Origin: an uncultured Pseudanabaenaceae cyanobacterium
Lineage (GTDB): Bacteria > Cyanobacteriota > Cyanobacteriia > PCC-9006 > JAAUQQ01
NCBI GenBank assembly: GCA_938021205.1
Contig: CALIGI010000151.1
Location: 2,818 to 66,817 of the forward strand
DNA length: 64,000 bases
Direction of reading: 5' to 3'
Part shown: positions 9,221 through 18,722 of the stretch, piece after piece
Numbering within the stretch: the stretch's first letter is position 1
Layout: each line of letters opens with the position of its first letter
Translations under genes and position numbers: made by a program
Notes under the pieces: model-generated
The model's database searches: none
The model's input: only the letters and a program-made list of their open reading frames with translations
What the model was told of the DNA's origin: nothing

Positions 9221-11713
9221 ATGTTAGGTCACTTTGTCTACGCGGAAATCGTTTCGACTCTCCCTCGAACGAAGCAGAATTTTGGGGTGTCGATAGACAA
9301 GTTGGCGATCGCCCCTAGCATTCTTGCAACCTTGGGCTGTGCCGCTAGCTTTTGGTTAAGCATGGCCACTACGGCGATCGCCAGCCCCGTCATACTAGAT
9401 GGCTCCACCAACAGCACTGTTCTTGATGCAGCCACAAATCTGCCCTCGGACTGTAGCTCAAGCTGCGTGATTACAGGCAACGATCAAGCAGGCAATAACC
9501 TATACCACAGCTTTAGTGAATTTCGTATTCCCCAAGGTGTGACCGTCACCCTGGATGGGCAAGGTCTAGAGCGCATTCTCGTCAGGGTCACGGGGGGTCA
9601 ACAAACCGAGATTGACGGCTTGTTACAAGTTCCAGGGCAAACGGATCTCTTTCTACTTAATCCTGCTGGGTTCGTCATTGGCAGTGAAGGGCGGTTGGAT
9701 CTGCGCGGTTCACTGATTGGCAGTACGGCGGAAGCAGTCTTGTTTGAGAATGGTGATGTCTTCTTGACGAAAACGACCAATCGCCCGCTGCTCAGCGTAT
9801 CTGTCCCGAGCGGCTTGCAGTTTGCTGCCAACAACACTGGGAGATTTTCGGTTCAAGGCGATGCCAATCTGCCTCCGCTATGGCAACCCGGTAGGCTGGG
9901 CCAAACCTTTGCCCTAGTGGTAGATAGCTCTATAGCAGCAAGCTTTTCGCAGCGCTCCCACGCCGTGACTGCCGGAGGTTTCGTGTTGGCTAATGTGGGC
10001 TTTGGCCCTCAACAGGTTGACTTAGCTAAAGCGACGGCAGGATGGGACTTTGATTTTTCCAATGTTGCTCAGGTCAGGGCTGTAGAACTGGATCGGGCGG
10101 TGATCTCTACCTCTCTCTCTAGCCCTGGAGGCCTGATTGAACTCGATGGAGAAGTGACGTTGACTGATAGTGAGGTCCTTCTTCAGTCCCAAAATGGCAT
10201 CGCTGCAGGTAATTTCCTATTGAGGGGTGGGTCACTCACGCTTAACCGAAGTCGATTGCTGACCCAGACGGATGCGGGTGGGGGTGAGATTAATCTCCAA
10301 ACGGCTCTCCCGACGGAGGCCGGTGATCCAGGAGTATTAGTCCTAAAGAACAACAGCCAAATTGTCACGACTTCAGTACTGGGTCCTGCTGGAAATATTA
10401 GCTTCGCAGGTAATTCGGTCACTCTCAGCAATAGCTCTATTGCCACGGAGTCCCATGATGGCGGGGGAAATATTTCCCTCCGTGCCAGCGATGCGATCGC
10501 CTTAAATGCTGATAGTCTTCTATCTGTGCAATCGAATGGTGCTGGCCAGGTTGGAGATATTACGATTGAAGCGCTGGGGCCTGAAGGCTTTCGACTCAGA
10601 AACAGCCAAATTCTTTCGACGGTAGAGACAGAAGGCGGTGATATCTCCATTGTCGCGCCTCAGCAGTTGACCTTCACTGGAGGAGAATTGATCGCCTCTA
10701 CAGCCCTCGCGGGAGCCAATGTGAGCTTGCGCACCGATGGGGATATAGAACTAGATAACGATGATTTTATCTCGCTCAACTCAGGCAATGGCATCTATGC
10801 CGGAACAGGAGGACAGCTGACGATTGAAGCGCAGCAGGTGGATAGTGTTGGGGGCAATACCGATATTCAAGTCGTGGGTCTTGAGGGAAGTCTCAATATA
10901 GAAGTCCCTCAATCTAGCCTGTTTGAAGGGTTTGCAGGCTTTCGAAATGTGAATCGGAATAACCGGAGTAGCGAAATTCAGATCACACCGCTACCGCCGT
11001 TTCCCTCTCCTCCACCTGTCATTCCACCCTCTCCTCCACCTATCATTCCGCCCTCCCCTCCACCTGTCATTCCGCCCTCCCCTACGCCTCCCGTCGTTAT
11101 CCCTGAGCCGCCGCTGGTCGTCACACCTGAGCCGCCGCTTCTTGAGCCAGTCCTACAGCCTTCACCGAACGTATTGCCAGTCATTAGTCTTCCAAGCGTT
11201 GATGTTGTAGCCCCCACTGAACAACCTGTTGGAGCTGAAAAAGAACGTCTGTTTACCTCGATTTCGATCGCTCTAGGGCTCAATCGCGACGACAGTGAAG
11301 CAATGGCGATCGCCTCCGGTTCTTCTCCTGCTTTTGATTCGGCCTATGATGCTCGACGCCCAGGCTGTGAACGTCAGGCGACCAGAGCGAATGGCGGAAG
11401 GCTGCGACTGATGGGGCGAGGCGGTCTGCCGAAACAGCCAGGAAGTTTAGTCACCTCCAGCCAGCTCTTGGCCGATCTCGGTCAACCCGGTTTTGCCCTA
11501 GGACGTCATATCAATGGGACTGGACTGGGGGACTGGCCCATCTCAGTTGGGAACAATGCAGTAGAGACGGGGAAACAACCCAAGCTCCAGGAAGCCCAGG
11601 GGTGGAAAATCACGACTGCTGGCAAGGTTCAGTTACTGGGCAGAGTTCAAGCTCCTGTCATCGGCGCAATCAAGCCCTGTCGCATCACACCTGTGACTGC
11701 TGGAGAGGAATAG
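9221..11713 (+). CDS. Filamentous-haemagglutinin N-terminal (TPS) domain exoprotein 2
   Basis: 830 aa. The TPS domain reads 'GNDQAGNNLYHSFSEFRIP...LVRVTGG..TEIDG...LFLLNPAGF...GSTAE'. It continues with a long Gly/Ser/Asn-rich beta-helix region, a PPSPPP(V/I)I repeat linker, and a C-terminal GRGGLP module. Confidence 0.85.
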   Translation: MLGHFVYAEIVSTLPRTKQNFGVSIDKLAIAPSILATLGCAASFWLSMATTAIASPVILDGSTNSTVLDAATNLPSDCSSSCVITGNDQAGNNLYHSFSEFRIPQGVTVTLDGQGLERILVRVTGGQQTEIDGLLQVPGQTDLFLLNPAGFVIGSEGRLDLRGSLIGSTAEAVLFENGDVFLTKTTNRPLLSVSVPSGLQFAANNTGRFSVQGDANLPPLWQPGRLGQTFALVVDSSIAASFSQRSHAVTAGGFVLANVGFGPQQVDLAKATAGWDFDFSNVAQVRAVELDRAVISTSLSSPGGLIELDGEVTLTDSEVLLQSQNGIAAGNFLLRGGSLTLNRSRLLTQTDAGGGEINLQTALPTEAGDPGVLVLKNNSQIVTTSVLGPAGNISFAGNSVTLSNSSIATESHDGGGNISLRASDAIALNADSLLSVQSNGAGQVGDITIEALGPEGFRLRNSQILSTVETEGGDISIVAPQQLTFTGGELIASTALAGANVSLRTDGDIELDNDDFISLNSGNGIYAGTGGQLTIEAQQVDSVGGNTDIQVVGLEGSLNIEVPQSSLFEGFAGFRNVNRNNRSSEIQITPLPPFPSPPPVIPPSPPPIIPPSPPPVIPPSPTPPVVIPEPPLVVTPEPPLLEPVLQPSPNVLPVISLPSVDVVAPTEQPVGAEKERLFTSISIALGLNRDDSEAMAIASGSSPAFDSAYDARRPGCERQATRANGGRLRLMGRGGLPKQPGSLVTSSQLLADLGQPGFALGRHINGTGLGDWPISVGNNAVETGKQPKLQEAQGWKITTAGKVQLLGRVQAPVIGAIKPCRITPVTAGEE
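11009..11104 (+). repeat. 24-bp in-frame tandem repeat (3 good copies and 1 degenerate) encoding a PPPVIPPS proline-rich linker
   Basis: CCTCCACCTGTCATTCCACCCTCT / CCTCCACCTATCATTCCGCCCTCC / CCTCCACCTGTCATTCCGCCCTCC / CCTACGCCTCCCGTCGTTATCCCT, read directly from the sequence. Confidence 0.85.
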
Positions 11714-11844
11714 GTTGCTTGATCTGAGCTCTTGAACTGAGATATCTATCAGCTTGTTCTTCGTGACGTATCTCAAGTCGCTAGAACTTGAGATAAACCA
11801 GTGCAACTCACCTAAGCCATTCGCGCTCTTCATTAGATTCAGAT

Positions 11845-14502
11845 ATGAAACTCTTCAGATTGAAAAGCGTGATGCATCGCTGGTTGCAGTCTCGCCGTCG
11901 AGGGGTAGCCTTCTGTTTGTTGCTAGGCTTTGGTCTCAGTTTCTGCTCCCCGATGCTGGTGGTGAAGGATGCAGTAGCAATAATGCCTCAGCCTCCCTTG
12001 CCACAGGTGCAGGTGAACTCGCTTGAGGGCTCTCTCGATCCTGTTGAGGCAGAACAGCAGGGCAATGCGGCCTATCAAGCCGGGGCCTATGAGCAGGCCA
12101 CTCAACTGTGGCAACAGGCGGCCCAACGCTATCAACAGCAATCTGAACTGGCTGGCTACAGTCGCAGCCTGAGCAATTTATCCTTGGCCTATCAAGCCTT
12201 GGGCCAGTGGCCTGAGGCAGAGCAGGCGATCGCCCAAGCACTTCAGCTAGCATCAGGCCAGCCTCCTGCCATTGCAGCCCAAGCCCTGAACACCCAGGGG
12301 CAGCTGCGCTTTGCCCTGGGCCAGTCTCGCGAGGCTTTGAATAGCTGGACCTTGGCAGAGATCGCCTATGGGAAAGTCTCCGACGAATTGGGTCTGATGC
12401 GTAGCCAACTCAATCAAATTCAAGCGCTGCGCAGTCTGGGATTCTACCGCCGGGCGCTGAATCAAATGGAGCAGTTGGAGCCTCGGTTTTTGAATTTGCC
12501 CGAAACGCCCTTTAGGGTTGCAGCTTTGACTCAAGCCGGAGAACTGCTGCGCTTGGCTGGAGATACAAATCAAGCCCAGGCATATTTAGAAGAAGCCATT
12601 GAGCTAGGCGATCGCCTCGGTCAAGCCAGCGAAACAGCCCAGGCCCTGATGAACCTAGGCGCCTTGGCCCAAACCAGCCGAGAGCCGAATCAAGCCTTGT
12701 CTTATTACGACCGTGCCCTCGCCCTGGCGCTAACGACCCAAAAGCGCAGCTCAATCCAGCTTGCAAAGTTGAGCCTGCTGATACAACAGAAAAATAGCGT
12801 GGCGGCAGAGCAGCTATCGAGCCAAATCCAAACTGAAATTGAGCGCCTTCCCAGTAGCCACCAATCCAGCTACCAGCGCATTGATTTGGCCAATCAACTG
12901 ATGTCGCTCAAGGGACTGGATCGGTCGAGCTTGGACTGGAACGTCATCGAGAAGCTGTTACAACAGACCCTAACTGAAGCCCAAGTGCTGGAAGACTCCC
13001 AGGCTGAGTCCTATGCTCGAGGCAATCTGGCCCAGGCCTATCTCCAACAAAATCGCCTGGAGGCAGCAGAGGCGCAGGCAAGCCAAGCGCTTCTACTTGC
13101 CCAGGACCTCTCGGCCAAGGAGATGACCTATCGCTGGCAGTGGACCCTAAGCCAAATTCAAATGCAGCAGGGTCACGGGGAAGAGGCGATCGCCAATTGT
13201 GGCGAAGCTGTCGCAACCCTTCAAACCCTGCAAGATGACTTAGTGGCACTCAATCCAGATGTTTTATTCTCCTTCCGTGAGGACATCGAACCCATTTATC
13301 GAGGCTACGTAGACATGCTGCTCCAGGCGGACAATCAGTTAGAGCAGCATCAGCAAACGTTGCAGCAAGTCCAGACGGTGAGCCAGAGCTATTTGTCTCA
13401 AGCACAGCAAGCGACTCGCAGTTTACGCCTCTCGGAGATGACAAATTTTTTGGGAGCAAATTGCCTCCCAGATGCGACGGCGAATCAAACAGTTTCCATT
13501 GGCCAAATTGATCCGCAAGCTGCCGTGATCTATCCCATCGTTCTCAAGGATCGCTTAGAAATCTTGCTGAACTTGCCGGATCAATCTATACGACATTTTA
13601 CGGTGCCGGTGGCCCAAGAAAAAGTAGAATCCCTGATTAAAGAGTTGCGCTATTACTTGGTGGTGCGCAGTCGTCGTCGCTATTTGCCCTTGTCTCAGAA
13701 GCTCTATGACTGGATGATCCGTCCCTTAGAGCAGGAGCTAGAGGGTATTGAGACGCTCATCTTTTCGCCAGATGGCGTTTTTCAAGGCATTCCCATGGCG
13801 GCTCTCCATGATGGCGAGCAGTTTTTAATTGAGCGTTATCAAGTCGCTTTGAGCCCTAGTTTGGACCTGTTTGAGTCTCAGCCTTTAGACAACAGCAAAA
13901 TCTCGGTCTTAGCCGCAGGGCTGAGTCAAGCACGCCAGGGCTTCTCAGCTCTACCATTTGTTGAGGAAGAAATTAGCAATATTCAGCAGCGCATTGCGGA
14001 AACTACGGCCCTAGTAGATGAGGACTTTACCCAAGCGGCTTTGCGCGATCGCATCACCCAAAGCAATGCTCCCATCATCCACATTGCCACCCACGGTCAA
14101 TTTGGCTCTCGCCCAGAGGATACCTTCCTTTTGGCCTGGGACCAATCGGTCAATGTTCAACAAATTGACCAACTGCTCCAAAGCCGCAACCTGTCTCAGG
14201 GCCAAGCACTTGAACTGCTAGTGCTCAGTGCCTGTGAGACTGCTGCGGGGGATAGCCAAGCCATGTTGGGGCTCGCTGGCCTGGCCATTCAGGCTGGGGC
14301 AAGAAGTACCCTGGCGACGCTGTGGAGCGTGAACGATGCGGGCACTTCCACGCTGATGGAAAACTTTTACACCGCCCTATCTCAACCGGGAATGGGTCGT
14401 GCGAAGGCGCTGCGTCAGGCTCAGTTGGAAATGCTGAAGGATCCAGTTTACCAACACCCGCTCTATTGGGCGTCCTATGTGATGGTGGGCAATTGGTTAT
14501 AG
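11845..14502 (+). CDS. TPR-repeat + CHAT-domain (caspase-fold) protease
   Basis: 885 aa. It has an N-terminal hydrophobic anchor or signal ([14 protein letters not shown]) and about 450 aa of TPR-like repeats ([15 protein letters not shown].. pattern). The C-terminal CHAT domain carries the dyad contexts '[10 protein letters not shown]' (His) and '[13 protein letters not shown]' (Cys). Confidence 0.9.
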   Translation: MKLFRLKSVMHRWLQSRRRGVAFCLLLGFGLSFCSPMLVVKDAVAIMPQPPLPQVQVNSLEGSLDPVEAEQQGNAAYQAGAYEQATQLWQQAAQRYQQQSELAGYSRSLSNLSLAYQALGQWPEAEQAIAQALQLASGQPPAIAAQALNTQGQLRFALGQSREALNSWTLAEIAYGKVSDELGLMRSQLNQIQALRSLGFYRRALNQMEQLEPRFLNLPETPFRVAALTQAGELLRLAGDTNQAQAYLEEAIELGDRLGQASETAQALMNLGALAQTSREPNQALSYYDRALALALTTQKRSSIQLAKLSLLIQQKNSVAAEQLSSQIQTEIERLPSSHQSSYQRIDLANQLMSLKGLDRSSLDWNVIEKLLQQTLTEAQVLEDSQAESYARGNLAQAYLQQNRLEAAEAQASQALLLAQDLSAKEMTYRWQWTLSQIQMQQGHGEEAIANCGEAVATLQTLQDDLVALNPDVLFSFREDIEPIYRGYVDMLLQADNQLEQHQQTLQQVQTVSQSYLSQAQQATRSLRLSEMTNFLGANCLPDATANQTVSIGQIDPQAAVIYPIVLKDRLEILLNLPDQSIRHFTVPVAQEKVESLIKELRYYLVVRSRRRYLPLSQKLYDWMIRPLEQELEGIETLIFSPDGVFQGIPMAALHDGEQFLIERYQVALSPSLDLFESQPLDNSKISVLAAGLSQARQGFSALPFVEEEISNIQQRIAETTALVDEDFTQAALRDRITQSNAPIIHIATHGQFGSRPEDTFLLAWDQSVNVQQIDQLLQSRNLSQGQALELLVLSACETAAGDSQAMLGLAGLAIQAGARSTLATLWSVNDAGTSTLMENFYTALSQPGMGRAKALRQAQLEMLKDPVYQHPLYWASYVMVGNWL

Positions 14503-15630
14503 GTTGCTGCTGGTTAGCGATCGCTCATTGACCAACACACCGCTTTGGCGAAGAGCCGAGACCTGGGCGCAGTCGGTGCAGAACATGACGGTTTTGAGTT
14601 CTGCCAGCAACAGTTTTGTTTGCGCTTGCAGGGCTTCTTCCGACTGGCAAGCAGCTTGGAGAAAGGGGCGGGCGAGGCCGACGAGGTCTGCGCCCAGGGC
14701 GATCGCTTTGGCCACATCCACCCCATTACGAATACCGCCGCTGGCAATCAGCGGAATCTCAGCATTCACCTCTCGCACCTGCACCAGGCAATCCGCTGTG
14801 GGAATGCCCCACTCTGCAAAGGTGAGACCCAGTTGCTGTTGCAATTTATTGTCGGCCCGCTCTGCTTCTACCATGGACCAGGAGGTGCCCCCGGCTCCAG
14901 CCACGTCGATTGCTCCCACTCCGGCCTCAATCAGTTGCTGAGCCATTTTCCCTGAAATGCCATTACCGACTTCCTTGGCAATGACGGGGACTTCAAGCTG
15001 GGCGCAGAGGGTTGCGACTTTGTCCATGAGGCCACGGAAGTCTGTATCACCGCCGGGCTGAATGCATTCTTGTAGGGGGTTGAGGTGGAGAATCAGCGCA
15101 TCGGCTTGGAGGCCATCGATGAGACGGCGGCATTCGTCCACGCCGTAGCGGTAGTTGAGCTGGACGGCTCCGAGGTTGGCGAAGAGGAGGATATCGGGGG
15201 CGATCGCTCGTACGTCAAAGGTCCCCATGAGCTCGGGGTTCTCCACGGCGACTCGCTGGGAGCCGACGCCCATGGCCAGCTTGTATTCCTGGGCGATCGC
15301 GGCAAGGTGGTGGTTGATCTGCTGGGCCTGCTCGGTGCCGCCGGTCATGGAGGAGATCAAGATGGGGGAGCCGAGCGGTTTGCCTAGGAAGGTAGTGGTG
15401 AGGTCCAGGTCGCTGTAGTTGAGGTTTGGCAGGGCGCTGTGCGTGAAGCGGTAGCGCTCTAGGCCAGTGGTGGCGGTTTGGCACTGGCTGCGATCGTCCA
15501 GGCAAATGCGAATGTGGTCGGCTTTGCGGGACTGGGTTTGGGCAGCAATGGCGAGGTCAATGTTGGTGTTGGCGCTGCCGTTTTGGCTACTGGGAGCGGC
15601 AGGGGCAGTATTGGAAAGATTATCGGCCAT
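14497..15630 (-). CDS. fni: Type 2 (FMN-dependent) isopentenyl-diphosphate delta-isomerase
   Basis: Contains '[10 protein letters not shown]', '[13 protein letters not shown]', '[11 protein letters not shown]' and '[21 protein letters not shown]'. The ORF opens at 15675, and the ATG at 15630 (MADNLS..) is an alternative start. The stop overlaps the CHAT gene stop by 6 nt (convergent). Confidence 0.9.
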   Translation of the reverse strand: MADNLSNTAPAAPSSQNGSANTNIDLAIAAQTQSRKADHIRICLDDRSQCQTATTGLERYRFTHSALPNLNYSDLDLTTTFLGKPLGSPILISSMTGGTEQAQQINHHLAAIAQEYKLAMGVGSQRVAVENPELMGTFDVRAIAPDILLFANLGAVQLNYRYGVDECRRLIDGLQADALILHLNPLQECIQPGGDTDFRGLMDKVATLCAQLEVPVIAKEVGNGISGKMAQQLIEAGVGAIDVAGAGGTSWSMVEAERADNKLQQQLGLTFAEWGIPTADCLVQVREVNAEIPLIASGGIRNGVDVAKAIALGADLVGLARPFLQAACQSEEALQAQTKLLLAELKTVMFCTDCAQVSALRQSGVLVNERSLTSSNL

Positions 15631-15738
15631 CGTGAGTTGCCAGGGAATGAGGGTGAAGGTGAGGGGCTTTAGCAATGCTAAACCCGAATCTGGCCTTAAC
15701 CACAGGTTTTGGTTGGGGAATTCCTTTGGGCTTGGCGA

Positions 15739-15798
15739 TATCCGACTAGATTCCCGACTTGATTACCAACTTTAGATCCGACTTTGGTCCGACTCAAT
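15739..15798. repeat. Five tandem ~12-bp units (consensus TCCGACTTnGAt) upstream of fni
   Basis: ATCCGACTAGAT TCCCGACTTGAT TACCAACTTTAG ATCCGACTTTGG TCCGACTCAATG, read directly. They lie between the fni start and the stop of the upstream RmlD-like gene. Confidence 0.6.
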
Positions 15799-15826
15799 GC
15801 TGCCCATGGCAAACCGCGCGGTGAAC

Positions 15827-16747
15827 TTAATGTTTGGCTAATTGTTCTGCAAGGCTAGGTGGGGTGAAGCCTAGGCTGTGGGCGAGGGAGCAGTCAATGC
15901 AGACATTTTTGGGGCGGGGCATGGTGAAGCTGACATCATCTTGGCTACAGGCTTGGAGGTGGCTGGGGTCGTAGCCTTGGGCTTTGGCGAGTAGAACACC
16001 TAGGTCGTAGCGGGAGACGGCTTCGGGTCCACCGAGGTGGAGTAGGCCTTGGTGGCGCTGGTTAATGGCTAAATCGACAGCGAGGAGTAGACCTTGAGCT
16101 GCCATTTTGGCGCTGAGGGGATTGCGAATTTCGTCGTGGAATAGGCTGATGGGTTCGCCTGCTTTGAGGGCTTCTAGGAGGCGGGTCATGAAGTTGTTAG
16201 GGGCAGTTTTGGGGCTGTCCGAGTGACCCATGCCGAACATGAGGGGCATGCGGGCGACAATTGCCTGGGGCCAAGCGGCCATGACGCCTGCTTCAGCCTG
16301 GGCTTTTTGCTGACCGTAGGCGGTTTGAGGATTTACGGGGGCGTTTTCTTTGTAAGGAGGAGCAGTTTCTTTATTGGGTGAGTTTTCGCCGTCGAAGACT
16401 AAATCTGAGGAGGTGAAGATGAGGGGGATTTGTTGTTGGGCACAGGTTTGGGCGAGGGCGATCGGTGCGTCCACGTTAAGCTTGGCGGTTTCTTCGGGAT
16501 GGGCCTCGCAGTAGGGCGTGTTGGAGAGGGCGGCGAGGTGGATGACGGCTTCGGGCTTGAGGCGGGTGATGAGGGGGGCTAGCTGCTCTAGCTTACAGAG
16601 GTTAGCTTGTACCCAGTTGACGGTGGCATCGCTTCCAGGTTGACGGCTATACAGCCCTGTCACCTGCCATTGAGGCTGGGCGGCTTCGCAAAGCCAGCTC
16701 CCGAGAAAACCGCTGGCTCCGGTGATGAGTAGGTGGGGCTGGGTCAT
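15827..16747 (-). CDS. NAD(P)-dependent sugar-nucleotide reductase/epimerase (RmlD-like SDR)
   Basis: 306 aa with 'LLITGASGFLGSWL' (Rossmann fold), 'VIHLAAL' and 'YGQQKAQAE' (the YxxxK catalytic motif). Confidence 0.75.
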   Translation of the reverse strand: MTQPHLLITGASGFLGSWLCEAAQPQWQVTGLYSRQPGSDATVNWVQANLCKLEQLAPLITRLKPEAVIHLAALSNTPYCEAHPEETAKLNVDAPIALAQTCAQQQIPLIFTSSDLVFDGENSPNKETAPPYKENAPVNPQTAYGQQKAQAEAGVMAAWPQAIVARMPLMFGMGHSDSPKTAPNNFMTRLLEALKAGEPISLFHDEIRNPLSAKMAAQGLLLAVDLAINQRHQGLLHLGGPEAVSRYDLGVLLAKAQGYDPSHLQACSQDDVSFTMPRPKNVCIDCSLAHSLGFTPPSLAEQLAKH

Positions 16748-17003
16748 GAGATTTCCGCTTCAGAATCACCTATTTATTGTTACAGCGCGATGGGCGATCG
16801 TTGAGGTAGAGGCTGCAATCGGATTTAAGATCGCTTACGTTCAATCGATCGCTAATTCGACATATTCATCGCAATCCCCCGTCTATCAACGAAACATCCC
16901 AATCATCATCACCAGGCTGATCCAAAACCAAAATCACCTTCCAAAGACTCTGGTACACCACTCGCTGGGCTTGGCTCATGCGCCCCTTTTACCCCAATAG
17001 ATT

Positions 17004-18293
17004 CTAGCCCTCAACCTGAGATTGCTTGACTCGACTAATCCAACCCTGGGTTTGCTCTAAAACCTCACCATAGGACTGCTCTCCATTCATCAATAGAGAC
17101 ATAGGCGTAACCAATTGTGGCAACCAACGCCCCAAACTTTTATCCAACATCATGCGCAGACCAAACTCCACCGAGAGAGCTTTGGAGCGAGGGAAACTGA
17201 AATCCGATAGCTCACGCAACGCATGGACATCCGGCAAGCGTTGAGTCGTGAAAACAGGCAGAGCTTGGGACCAGTCATCTTTGAACTGTTCCAGAAGTTG
17301 TGCAAACACCTCAACATCTTGGAGAGAGGCATTACAGCCCTGGCCAATAGAGGGAGAAACCGCATGAACTGCATCTCCGATCAGCAAAACACGATCGCCC
17401 CAATGCATGCGATCGCACTTCACTGTCAAAAACGTCGCCACAGGCCGTAATCGCAACGCCTCCGCCTCCTCCAACGTCATCAATTGCCCTAAAGCAGGAC
17501 AACGCTCCTGGAAAAAAGCCAGCACCGCCTCCGCTGTTTCCAAAGATTCCAACGGATTATTGTCAGGCGGAAAAATCAGCGTCCCATGGAGCCAATCATC
17601 GGGCTGCGGAGCCATAATCAGCCGGATTCCATTCCCCAAACTCCAGGTGTGATTGCGATCGCCATCCAGCTGCGTGGCACCATCCGCACTGATGCGAGGC
17701 ACAAACAGGGATTTATAGACATCAGCAATAATCTCCTGGTCACATTGCATCTGCCCTGCTGAAACAAGACAATCCCGAACCTGGGAACGAGCACCATCCG
17801 CAGCGACGAGGCGATCGCACTCCGCCACAAAAGCTTCACCATTTTTCGGCTGAAATGTCACCGCTTGAGAGACCTGTTCAGTTGCCACATCAACAGAGAC
17901 ACAAGCACAGTCAAAATGAATCGCAAGTCGCTCGTCGCCATAACGCTGAACCAGTTGCTCTAAAAGCACCCGCGTCAGTCGATTGCGATCTATCAGCAAC
18001 GTCGAGAGCTTGCGCGTAATCCTGCGAGGTTCGCCCTTGGCACGGTGGATCGCTAATCCTTGGGAGCGGCAGCTTTGTGCCGTAATCGCTGCTTCCAGGC
18101 CCGGAATGGCTCGAATGGCCCTGAGGCCACGGGACTGGAGCACAATGGGGAAGGTGCGATCTTGGGCCAGTTTGACCTGACGAGGATCAGAACGGCGTTC
18201 ATAGATCGTGATCTGGTCATTACCCTGAGCCAGGAGGGTGTGGGCTAGCAGTAGCCCCGTTGGTCCAGCACCCACAATGATGATGTTTTGCAT
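17004..18293 (-). CDS. FAD-dependent aromatic-ring monooxygenase (kynurenine 3-monooxygenase-like)
   Basis: 429 aa with 'IIIVGAGPTGLLLAH' (the GxGxxG dinucleotide fold), 'ADGARSQVR' and 'LLIGDAVHAVSPSIGQGCN' (FAD-binding motifs). Confidence 0.8.
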   Translation of the reverse strand: MQNIIIVGAGPTGLLLAHTLLAQGNDQITIYERRSDPRQVKLAQDRTFPIVLQSRGLRAIRAIPGLEAAITAQSCRSQGLAIHRAKGEPRRITRKLSTLLIDRNRLTRVLLEQLVQRYGDERLAIHFDCACVSVDVATEQVSQAVTFQPKNGEAFVAECDRLVAADGARSQVRDCLVSAGQMQCDQEIIADVYKSLFVPRISADGATQLDGDRNHTWSLGNGIRLIMAPQPDDWLHGTLIFPPDNNPLESLETAEAVLAFFQERCPALGQLMTLEEAEALRLRPVATFLTVKCDRMHWGDRVLLIGDAVHAVSPSIGQGCNASLQDVEVFAQLLEQFKDDWSQALPVFTTQRLPDVHALRELSDFSFPRSKALSVEFGLRMMLDKSLGRWLPQLVTPMSLLMNGEQSYGEVLEQTQGWISRVKQSQVEG

Positions 18294-18722
18294 CTGAACA
18301 TAGTCATGAGTAACAACGCTGCCTCATTTTGTCATCCTCGCCTCTATCCCAGACACAAGCTTGAAAAGAATTATAAAAGCAAGCTTCCGTTGAGCCTATC
18401 CTTCATCCACTTACCACGCGATCGCCCTCTCAGTCTCATCATTTAGCGCCGACCTCACATCCCCCCTGTTGCCTCAATCAACGCATCCACCGTTGTTCAA
18501 AACTCTCCAGCCTAAACGCCCCATCGTTGTCTTTGTGACTGGCTGTATTGACAGCCCCATCGCTTCCACGGCCATGCACTTCCGTAAAAACAACGAAATA
18601 TAGGCCCCAATCCCGGACATAAATCTCTATCTGTGTAATAGGTTACCGGGAAGCTGTATGTTGCTCGGCAGCTTCAAACGAGCGATCGCAAAACCCTTAA
18701 TTCCACTGCGTTTGCAACCTCC

